A stretch of 47,277 nucleotides of DNA, counting the filler, from Jimgerdemannia flammicorona (lineage: Eukaryota): the NCBI GenBank assembly GCA_003990765.1. It is 2 parts of 2 records of this genome, joined end to end, with 100 filler letters (N's around TTAATTAATTAA, not from the genome) between each part and the next. Parts side by side here need not be neighbours in the genome. Positions count along the whole stretch, not along the records: positions 23,693 to 47,277 come from RBNJ01001091.1; 1 more part is not named here. The stretch is one strand, 5' to 3'. A program made the translations under genes and the position numbers. Below are positions 26,144 through 36,696 of this stretch, piece by piece. The notes under the pieces are model-generated. The model had not been told where the DNA came from, did not search any database, and worked only from the letters and a program-made list of their open reading frames with translations. Numbering within the stretch: position 1 is the stretch's first letter; every line of letters starts with the position of its first letter.

Positions 26144-26915
26144 TGTAATAGAATGATGAACGATGAGCGATCACGTGACCCGGCGAGCGATGACATCACC
26201 ATATGATTGAAGCGCGACATATGAATAGCGAGTACGAACGATGCGAAACGACGCGGAAAACGATATCCAGCTTACCCCCAACAATCGGCGCCGCAGTCAG
26301 CGCCGCAGCAACAGTTGCCACAGTTGCTGATCATTGCCTAGTAATTGAGGTCCTGATCACAAAATTGTTTTTGCCAAAAACCACCTGACAAAGGTCGCGA
26401 TCACAAACCTCATTATAGTTACCAAATTAGTCACTCATACTTAGTCAGAAATCGCAGACCAACTTGTATAAATACCCCCCAGTTTTCCATCCGAAATAAA
26501 CCAGTTTTAGTTCAGTCCTTGATACAAGAATCAAGTCCCCCCCACACACTCACATTCCCCTGAGTCTTAGTAATGACATCTAAGTGACTCTAGTGTTTCT
26601 GACTAAACTCCAGAAGCCTAGCTAACTTCTGCCAGAACTGAGACCAGTATATAAATCCCCAAAGACTTAAGTAAACCCATTGAACCTGAATTCCAAGGTG
26701 AATTCAGTCTGTGCACAGCAAAGAACAAGACCCTCAAAATAGGGCACAAGAGAAAGACCTTTGAAAGATAAGGCACTGCTGCTACAACTACTTTAAGCGA
26801 GCGCTTCCTCAACTGAAGGCTTCTTGGTACACATTGTGTACTAAGTCCCTAAGTAATAGTCCACTTCCCTAATTATCCTAAGGATAAGAGAGGGATAGAA
26901 GTGAGAGTTATTACA
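26144..26915 (+). repeat. 3' LTR of element A (772 bp)
   Basis: Starts right after the PPT. Perfect 7-bp terminal inverted repeat TGTAATA/TATTACA, TATAAATA at ~26467 and AATAAA at ~26495. Confidence 0.9.
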
Positions 26916-28168
26916 AAGGGTCTGTTTACCTGTACAAACTCTGTATACCATACAGACTCTGTACACTGTACAGGTCCTGTATACTATACAGACTCTGTAT
27001 ACCTACCATAAGTAGCAGATCTATAGTTAGCCACATAGTAACCAGATAGCAACCAACTTGTATAAATTACCCCAGAGACAAGAGTGAATAAACCTCAGTC
27101 TGAAATACAAATACCAAAAAAGCCTCTAAAGATTGAGCATTGGTCCCCTTTCCACTCCAGTCCACTTTCCAATACAAAGCTTGAAGATTTGCTGCCAAGT
27201 TCAAGAAAGAACTTCACTGCCTTTTGAAGAACCCGCTGCTTAAGGAATAAGTTATGCTATTGGTATGCTTGCCAGATAAGCCTGAAGAACCCCAGTTTCT
27301 GTATTCCCAGAGAGTCTTGCCACAAGCCAGTCCCTGATGCAACTTTGCAGTAGAGCCAGTCTATTGATGCAACTCCACGCAAATGAAGCCAGTCTCGACG
27401 TAACTTGCCAAGAACCCAAGTTATTATTCCCAGAAGAGCCTGATTTGAAAGAATCTGCACCATCCGAGTTAATTCTCAGTTAAGCCGCCATTATTAAGAA
27501 GTCTGTTGATTCAGGAAGAATCTGTATCATCTGCTGTTTCCAAGTTATCTGCTGTATTCTCAGTTGAAGCCAAAACCACAATATCCAAGTTATTTGCCAT
27601 TCCCAGTGAGCCTGAGAAGAATCTGCCACCAGTACTATTTCCAGTAATAAGAACCCATGCTGTACAATTCCCAGTGAGCCAAATCGAGTTGTCCACCAAA
27701 TCTGCATAAGGAATACTGCCAAGATCATCCTGCATAAGGAAACCGCCATGCTACATAGAGATCATCATGCTACACAGAGATCATCATGCAGAGATCACCA
27801 TCACTCAAGAAAGAGAACTGCTAAATTGCCAGACTATCATACAGAGATTATTGCACTATACAAGAGACCATCCCACCAGAATTCGCATACTTTTGGAGAT
27901 TGCCTCACTATACAAAATTGTGCCATTCCTAGTTGACCTAAGAAGGAAATCCATTCATATACACAAATCACCACTACACTCAAAGAACTGTCCCAAAAAG
28001 GAAACTACTCACACAGTATCCAGATCTTGACTATTATACCACTAAACACCAAGGACCTCAGGAATCTTAGAACATTTTATTGCTTTTTGACAAAGTAACT
28101 GGAGGCTCAAGCCAAACTACATCAACCCCCAACCTTGTAATTTGCCTCCATTGAGCTGGCATGTTACA
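26916..28168 (+). repeat. 5' LTR of element B (first ~139 bp displaced by element A; full LTR ~1.39 kb)
   Basis: Matches the 3' LTR from 35896. Ends ...TGTTACA, immediately before the PBS. Confidence 0.85.
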
Positions 28169-28170
28169 TT

Positions 28171-28189
28171 TGGGGGTTCAACTGAGAAT
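28171..28189 (+). promoter_or_regulatory. Primer-binding site of element B (TGGGGGTTCAACTGAGAAT; tRNA identity uncertain, Pro- or Gln-like)
   Basis: TGG begins 2 nt after the LTR-terminal CA and resembles the complement of a tRNA 3' end. Confidence 0.6.
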
Positions 28190-28249
28190 ATTTCAAAATC
28201 AATATGACTTTTCAACTTACAAGAACCCACAGTCAAACTGGATATATTT

Positions 28250-31200
28250 GATATAACACCAACCTCTGCCACTACAGGAGAATTAGTCATCACTAGCATT
28301 TAGACAGGAAGAGAAGTAATTACCTCAAGACTTGCCAACTACCCAGCATCAGAAGGATCCCAACCAGAAGCAAGAGGCAGTACAGCCCGAAATCCCCAAC
28401 CAGATCAACCAGATCAATCAGACAATACAGGCAGCCCTGCTAGAGATTTTGGAGAACTTGCACAAGAACTAGAAGACCTTATTACACAGACCCAATACTT
28501 TACAGCCAGACACCCTACATCAGTCCCACCAATCTCACCAATAGAACCCCTACCACAACCTCTTGCAGAATCAGAAGTAGCTCCTACAAGAATACCTAGG
28601 CCTATTCTACTCCACCCAAGGATCAGAACACCATCTTCAAGATATCCAAGCACTCTTGTCTCTAGTGACAGTTCAGAAAGTGAATCAGAATCAGAATTTG
28701 AACCTGAACCAGAATCAGAAGAAAGTAATAATGAAATGGCCACCTCATTGCCAACCTTTGCAGGATACCCAGAGGAAGACCCCAAAGAATTTCTTGATGG
28801 AATTGAAGGAATTGCAGCCTTGAGAAATCTCTCAGATGAAAGAAAAATCGCCATTTATAAAGCTCAGCTCAGATAACCAGCCAGAGGAATTTTCCATCAG
28901 ACAGCAAACAACCAAGATTCAGAACTAGTAAGACAGATACAAGCAGTAATATCTGATGAGCTGAAATATGAAGCCATGGTCCACTGGCTCATTGAAAAAT
29001 ATGCAGGAAATGAAACCCACCACAAGGCTCAGGAATCCATCATAGAAATGAAGATGAATCTTGGAGAATCACCCAGAGCCTTCTTTACCAGAATCCAGAA
29101 GAGAATGCATTCTGCCAGGTTCAATGCCACCAACCAAGACATTATAGGTCCAATGACCTTCATGAATGGAATTCCCCCGAATATTGCCCAGCATGTCTGT
29201 ACCCTAGGCATCAGAAGGTCTGAAGAGCAAGTAGATATAGCCCAAGGATTCTTTGATGTCAGGCAAGGAACTACCTAGAGTGATTATGATAAGAAGGAAG
29301 ATAAAGAAGATATCCTGGTCAAAGCCCTGCAAGGACTTCTTCAAGGACAAGAAAGATCTGAAGAAAGAAGGCCAGCTAAGGAAGGAAAGAAGGACAGAAG
29401 TGAAATTCAAGACCTTAGCTCCAAGTTAGACCAATTGGTTGGACAGATTGAAAAACTCACCACATGTGAAAATCAGGACTACCAAAACAACAGAGGGAAC
29501 CCACCACAGAGGAGCCAAGGTTATCCACCAAGAGATAATAGGAATTACTAGCAAGAAGAAAGAAGGTACCCTGTCTGAGACAGAGCCCAAGTCCAATGCT
29601 TCCACTGTGGACAATTTGGACACTATGCCACTGAATGTGACAATAAAAGAAGTGACCAAAGGGACTCAGAACCACCAAACTGAAGGAATGACACTCAGTA
29701 CAAGAAGACTGAAGCCCATCCTGTTGAAGATTTCGAAGAAGCAAGTAACAGTGAAGACTACAGTGACCTGGACTTGTACCCCACTAGGGTTACAACCTGG
29801 AAAACAGTCTATCCAGCAGAGAAAAGAAAGAGACCCATAGAAAGACCATCCAGGAACATCAGCAGAAGAATTATCCAAGAAGAGGATGAAGAATATGAGG
29901 AGGAACAAGTAGAAACACCTCCCCAAACCCCCTCACCTTTTGTCTCCGAGACAAATGAGTTGCTACCAGAAGATGAAGAAATGGAACAAGAGGAACAGGA
30001 ATCTGCTGCTCCAAAGCCTAAGAAGAAGTACACTCCAAAGACCATGCCTAGAGATATTTACAATGAAGCCTGGCAGAAGATTCAAGAAGCCAAGATGGAA
30101 GTCCCTCTTCTACAGTTCTTGCAACTGACACCAGCTGGAGTCCAAAACAAATTGCTGAGAACCACTAGGTCTAGCACTGGCTGAGTTCCAATCCCACAGC
30201 AAGAATGAGCTCCTATCCTTGTTCAAGCAGCTGAAAGACATGTCAGCACCTACCTATATGAAGATATTGGAGGACAAAAAGCGAAAATCCTCATAGACAC
30301 AGGAGCAGCTGTCTGTGTTATTGCCAAACGATTCTTGGACACCCTCCAATGGCCCATTGATGGACCATTGAACCTCAGCATCATAGTAGCAGATGGAGCC
30401 CAAACTCAACCCCTTGGAGAAGTATGAAATATCACCATCTCTCTTGGACACATTTAGTTCTCCATCTCCAAAGCTGTTGTCACCAAAGCTGTTACCTATG
30501 ACATGATTCTTGGCACCAACTGGATGAAGGAAATGAATGCAGTTGTTGACATTGGCCAACAAGTACTCAAGTTTGACTACTAAGGTAAGAAGTACAGAGT
30601 TAAGGTAACTAGTTATGAGCAATCAAAGAAGAAGAAAAAGGTCACTATTCAGGAAAAATATGCCAGCAGCAAAGAGTCTACTACAGAAGAAGAAGAATCT
30701 GAAGATGGAAATGATCCCAGACTTAATCCCCAAATCAATCTGGTGGATAACAGACCAGAAGATAATGTGTGGGTCAAGAACACCATCCCTATCACTATTG
30801 GAGCTATTGCGGAAGAAGCCAAAGGATGCTCTACCTGCCTCAAGAGACACAAATGTCCTGAGCACTCCTCCAAGATCATGGAAACAAGGAAATCACCTGG
30901 CACAGTCTGCCCAGAATGCAGAAGGAAGAAGAAGAAATATAGACATGTTCCAGAAATACCTGCAATCAAAGCTGCAGAAGTATAAGCAATTTGGGGTCAA
31001 GAATCATCCAAGGAAGAAGAAACTTCTGACCAAGAAGTTCCTGAACAAGAAGCATCTGATGAAGAAGAGGTCCCCGAACTCATTCCCTAGGATGACCCTT
31101 GCTGGACACTACCTGAAGACAATGACCCATGGAATACAGAAGAAGGACCCAGTATAATCACCATTATCACCAAGAAAGAAACCCACCAAGAGAAAGCTTT

Positions 31201-34144
31201 TCAGCTAGGAAGATGTTCATACCAAATGGTCTTCCATTCCCCCTGAGACTACTGCTATCAGTGTCATCTGTTGGACCAATAAGAAAGACAGAGACCCCAG
31301 AGACCAGAATTCCCAACTACTCTTGTACAGTCTACCACCTTTCAAGAAGTCACCACAAGGTTACAAAGTCGATTTAGGGGACAAGGCTTCTTCACCTGAA
31401 CAGAAATATACCCCTTGTCTACTCTTCCCCCAACCTATGATCAAGATGGGTACCAATTCCCAAGGCAATAAGAGATAAATAGCCGGGAACATCATTTCTG
31501 AACAATGAGATATTGCAACCATGGGAGACACCCTGATTGCTGAGACTGTAGATATCAGAAGATTCACCTCAGTCATGATATTGCAGTGCACACCTTGAAG
31601 AAAGGAGATAACCAAAGCCAGATTCAAAAAAGTCAGATTCGAAAAAGCCAGACCAAGAAGCCCAGAAAAAGAATTCTCAAGATCTATAATTTGGGAGAAG
31701 ACATCCTAGCTCTCATCAGACATGCAACTCGCCAAGGATGGGCAGAAGATACTACCAACTTCATGGAAGCCCTCGACCCCACAGAAAGGAGGGAATCAAT
31801 TACCTCCAAGACCCCTCTACTGGAGCCAGATGGCCACACCTCAACCTTAGAGCTTGGAGGCTTTCCGCTAGTGGAGCTTCAGCCTTAGGAAAGCCTGAAC
31901 TCAGCAAGGACATTGCCCAGTATGCCCTGCTGCACCCCAAGGCCAAACCCCTGACCAAAGCCCACTCAGAGGATGTAGGATATGACCTTCACAATCTGAA
32001 GGATAATCTATCAAGCCTGGAAAAACCTTTATGGTCAGAACTGGATTAGCCATGCAGCCACCCCAAGGAGCTTATATTCAACTGATCTCAAGGTCCAGAC
32101 TTGCCAGACAAGGGATAACTATAGAAGGAGGAACCATTGACCCTGGATATACAGGCGAAATCAAGGTTATCCTACACAACTGCAGTGCAGAATAGCACCG
32201 AATCATTAGAGGACAGAAGATTGCCCAAGCAGTCTTCATGAAGGTCAAGACCCCACAGTTACAGGAAGTCTCTGAACTAACTGAAGGAACAAGACAAGCC
32301 AAGGGATTTGGAAGTTCAGACAGGAAGGAGGTATATCTCCTTCAAGTTAACCACCTTAAGAAGAATGTTCCCCAGCAAGTATACCTGCAACCAGTCAGAC
32401 TGCACAAGAATCTCATTCTGGAATCTGGAGAACAAACTACCTTCAAAATCTTTGCACCACCCAACCCCAGAAACCTTTTCTTTGAACCTAAAGAAGATAT
32501 CCCACACCTGGACATAGAGGGATACACATTCTCTGATAAGATGAATCCAGTACACTCCTAAGCAACCAACCAAAGTTAGGAGACCATCATCTTGCCAAAA
32601 GGAACCATTATAGGATATCTGGTGCCTTTTCTCAACCAAACTCATAGGGAAGTTTATGAACTAAACCTATCAGGAAATGGCAAAAGGTCCCAGAAGAAAG
32701 GAAAGGCCTCTCTGCGACCCAGGAGACAGTGAAGCCTTCCACTAACATTGGAGAAGAATTGACACCTCAACAACAATAACAACTAGTAGAACTTCTCAAC
32801 AAATATCAAGATATCTTCATCACTGATTATGGCAACCTGCCATACAATCCATCATATCACTATAGCATAAATACAGGAAATGCAACACTCATCTGGCAGA
32901 AACCCTATAGAATACCCCATCACTTGAAAACATTCGAAAAAGAGCACATCTAAGAACTCTTAGACAATGGAGTTATCTGACCCTCTACTACCCCCTGGGC
33001 CAGCCCTATACTTATTGTACCAAAGAAAGGAGGATGAAGACTCTGCATGGATTACAGGAAACTCAATTCAGTCACCAAAAAGGATGCCTATCCTCTGCCC
33101 AGGATCGATGACCTTTTGGATTAGCTATAAGATACCAGATACTTCAGCAGTATGGACCTCTCCACAGGATTTCATGAGATCTCCATGGACCCCAAAGACA
33201 TTCAAAAGACAGCCTTCCTTGCTCTAGGAAAACTGTTTGAATATCTCTAAATGCCCTTTGGACTTTGCAATGCACCCCCCACTTTTCAGAGAATGATGAA
33301 TTTGGTCTATGCCCCCCTGATTCACCACTGCCTGATTATATACATGGATGATTCCAACATCTATTCAGCAAATTTCGAAGAATACCTGCACCATATAGAG
33401 GAATTCTTCAAGCTCACTTGCAAAAACCACTTGAGACTGAATGCAAAGAAATGCTACTTTGGGAAACAGAAACTTGAATTCCTCGGATTCATGGTTTCAA
33501 AAGAAGGAACTCATGCAGACCCAAAGAAAATCAAGAAGATCAACAATTGGCCAGTACCCAAGACTCCAAAAGAAACACTATCATTTCTGATACTAGTATC
33601 CTACTACAGAAGATTCATCAAAGATTTTGCCCAAATCGCTGCCCCAATCCGAATCCTTCTCAAGAAAGGAGTGCCATTCAAATAGACAGAATCACAGGAA
33701 AAAGCCTTCAGAGAACTCAAGAACCACATAACTACAGCACCAATCCTTGTGTGCCCCAATCTACAGAAGCCATTCATCTTATATACAGATGCTTCTAAAG
33801 ATGGCCTCAGGGCAGTACTGTCCCAAGAAGGACCTGATCAACAGCACCATATGATAGCCTATGTAAGCAGGGCTACCAACCAGCAGCAGATGAACTATGG
33901 TAGCACCAAACTGGAATGCCTTGCAGTCATATGAGCAGTTACCCTGTTCAAGCATTACCTTATCAGAAAAAGGTTCACCCTGATCACAGACTATGTAGCC
34001 CTCAAATGGCTATTCAACTGCAAGGAACCTGCTGGAATCCTAGCCTGCTGGATCCTTATCCTTCAGGATTACAAAATCACTATTATTCACAAAGCAGAGA
34101 AAGCCTACAACAATGTTGATATACTTTTCCGCCAGCCCCAATGA
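28250..34144 (+). pseudogene. Decayed gag-pol of element B (Gag, CCHC knuckle, protease, dUTPase, RT, RNase H); start approximate
   Basis: LPTFAGYPEEDPKEFL (Gag); CFHCGQFGHYATEC (~29597); ILIDTGAA (~30290); DAYPLPRIDD, MPFGLCNAPPTFQ and YMDD (RT); LYTDAS (RNase H). Many stops and some frameshifts. Confidence 0.9.
31921..32321 (+). pseudogene. dUTPase domain in element B (between protease and RT)
   Basis: All five trimeric dUTPase motifs are recognisable: VGYDL, SRSRLA, GTIDPGYTGEI, KIAQ, RQAKGFGSS. Confidence 0.9.
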
Positions 34145-35205
34145 ACCAGAAGAAGGGTGTCCCAAGGAACCACACCCTAAAAAAAGCTCCTAAGACCATC
34201 AAGAAACAAGAAAATCTCATCTGACAAGAACATCAGAAAGCCCACCAAGGACAGACATACATAGAAGACAAGATTTGAAAACAATATCAACATTGGCCCC
34301 ACCTCAGAACCCAAGTCCAAGACATTATTCAGAAATGTGACATCTGCCAGAAGTATCAAGGAAAGAAGAACTATCAAGCCCCTCTGCAACCAATTCCTCC
34401 ACCCACTCACATCTTTCAAAGATGGAGAGCAGATGTAATTGGACCTCTACCAGTTATACCAAGAAGAAACAAATATATTCTTGTATTTGTGAAACATCTG
34501 ACCAAGTGGCCTGAGGCTTTTCCAATGGAAATCACAGATGCCTTAACCATTGTAGGCCTCCTCCATAGACTCACACTCAGATATGGACCCCCAGAAGAAC
34601 TCATCTCTGACCAAGGCACAGAATTCATCAACAATATAATCACAAGTTATGCTTGAATTCACAAGATCCACCTCAAAAGGACCACATCATACCACCCTCA
34701 GACCAATGGCATGATAGAGAGAATGAACCAGACCATCAAGAAAGGACATGCCCAAGTCAATCCTACTAATTGGGACCTCTGCTTACCTGAGATCTTATGG
34801 AAAATTCAGAACACCCCTGCCATATCCACCAAACAAAAGCCATTCAAAATGATGTTTGCCAAGAGAACCAGAACTGACCATAAGAATCTCAGAGACCTCC
34901 TCAAGAAGGCAGAACAGTTATGTAATCAAGCCCAAGGACAGATTATCAAAGCCCAGGAAAGACAAAAGAAGTACTATAACCAAAAACAGAAGGATCAGAA
35001 GATCAAGATTGGAGATCAAGTCCTAGTTTGGAGAAGTATGATTGAGACAAACTTTGCCACTAAACTAGAACCGAAATGGGAAGGACCTTATCTTGTATAC
35101 AATATCAGAGGAACCAGTATCTATTTAAGAAGCATGGATAGACAAACCCTGAGAACACCAGTACATATCAATCACCTCAAACTATATTTCCCCTCTACAC
35201 CATGA
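34141..35205 (+). pseudogene. Integrase of element B as a separate ORF
   Basis: From ATG 34141 in one frame: H-x3-H...CDIC zinc finger, WRADVIGPLP, LISDQGTEF, YHPQTNGMIER and KWEGPY. Two internal TGAs near the N-terminus. Confidence 0.88.
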
Positions 35206-35717
35206 GCCAAAGGATTGATCAGCACCTCCAGACATTGGTCCTCAGCTCCTTCCAAGCCCTACCAGTCCCTCTACCCCAATTCGGCCAAGCCAATGGAAGC
35301 CCCCTTCAAAGGATCCAAGTTCACCAGGAAAATCTTACCTTGGCCAGATGCCTACTACAAGTCCACCAACTGCAGGCCTATTATGCAATTGGTGAACAAT
35401 TGCAGAACCTCCCAGCCCCAGAACAGACCTATATCAGGAATACCATAGGTCTGACCAGAAGAGACACTACTGCTACAGACAGACTATACACTATTTATAA
35501 ATGAAATGTCACAGCCCTGATACAAGCACAATTCTCCCTGAATGATATTCAAGGAATGAACCCTGTTACCTATTTGAGCATCATCAACTCTGTCGAAATT
35601 CTATTCCCCAAAGAAGAAGAAGAGCCCATAGAATGGAGTGACCCCAGTATAGACAATGAAGATGATGGAACAGGTATAGATACAGAAGTAGCCTATGCTT
35701 ACTGGGATAATGACTGA
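35202..35717 (+). pseudogene. Accessory ORF of element B (~171 aa; may extend to TGA at 35754-35756)
   Basis: ATG overlaps the integrase stop (ATGA). One internal TGA at 35502-35504, then an acidic tail EEEEPIEWSDPSIDNEDD. Confidence 0.75.
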
Positions 35718-35756
35718 AGAATAGTCTGGGACAGACTACCCTTCAGTAAGGGCTGA

Positions 35757-36696
35757 TGTGACAAACCAAAACATACCACCCAAATTATATCTTAACCAGA
35801 TGATGTGAACAATTAGGCAAGATGATGTGAACACACAGTATAGTAACCAGCAACCATTGCTGCGGAAAACTGTATAAATAGCCAGACATACTAGAAAGGG
35901 TCTGTTTACCTGTACAGACTCTGTACACCATACAGACTCTGTACACTGTATAGGTTCTGTACACCATACAGACTCTGTATACCTACCATAAGTAGCAGAT
36001 CTATAGTTAGCCACATAGTAACCAGATAGTAACCAACTTGTATAAATTACCCTAGAGACAAGAGTGAATAAACCTCGGTCTGAAATACAAACACCAAAGA
36101 AGCCTCTAAAGATTGAGCATTAGTCCCCTTTCCACTCCAGTCTACTTTCTGATACAAAGCTTGAAGATTTGTCACCAAGTTCAAGGAAGAACTTCACCAC
36201 CTTTTGAAGAATCTGCTGCTTAAGGAATAAGCTGCACTATTGGTATGCTTGCCAGATAAGCCTGAAGAACCCCAGTTTCTGCATTCCCAGAGAGCCTTGC
36301 CACAAGCCAGTCCCTGATGCAACTTTGCAGTAGAGCCAGTCTATTGATGCAACTCCATACAAATGAAGCCAATCTCAATGTAACTTGCCAAGAACCTGAG
36401 TTATTATTCCCAGAAGAGCCCAATTTGAAAGAATCTGCACCATCTGAGTTAATTCTCAGTTAAGCCACTGTTATTAAGAAGTTCACCGATTCAGGAAGAA
36501 TCTATATCATCTACCATTTCCAAGTTATCCACTGTATTCCCAGTTGAAGCTGAAACTGTGACATCCAAGTTATTCACCATTCCCAGTAAGCCCAAGAAGA
36601 ATCTGCTGTCAGTACTATTTCCAGTAATAAGAACCCATGCTGTACAATTCTCAGTGAGCCAAATTGAGTTGTCTGCCAAATCTGCATAGGGAATAC
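35757..36696 (+). repeat. 3' LTR of element B (interrupted by element C at 36696/36697)
   Basis: Begins TGTGACA after a short purine-rich tract. Co-linear with the 5' LTR up to ...GGAATAC. Confidence 0.88.
35913..35984 (+). repeat. 4 x 18-bp tandem repeat (TACAGACTCTGTACACCA) in LTR B U3; second copy at 26933-27004
   Basis: Units start at 35913, 35931, 35949 and 35967. Confidence 0.85.

Larger units (their letters stand above)
23693..26915 (+). mobile_element. Ty3/Gypsy chromovirus A, 3' part (integrase-chromodomain, accessory ORF, PPT, 3' LTR), inserted in the 5' LTR of element B
   Basis: Integrase core and chromodomain, polypurine tract AAGGAGGGAAGGA (26131-26143), and LTR TGTAATA...TATTACA. 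The sequence after 26915 resumes in the middle of element B's LTR. Confidence 0.92.
26916..36696 (+). mobile_element. Ty3/Gypsy element B (no chromodomain): gag-PR-Zn region-dUTPase-RT-RH / IN / accessory ORF; both LTRs interrupted
   Basis: Direct repeats 26916-27716 and 35896-36696 align at a constant offset of 8980. Full retrotransposon domain set lies between them, with many stops. Confidence 0.93.

Noticed and set aside
26933..27004. Regular 18-bp repeats as a CRISPR-like array
   Set aside because: Head-to-tail tandem units with no unique spacers, inside a eukaryotic LTR.
27257..27749. Short ORFs on both strands within LTR B (repeated at ~36220-36709)
   Set aside because: Duplicated only because the LTR is duplicated. 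No recognisable motif and no single long frame recoverable by eye.
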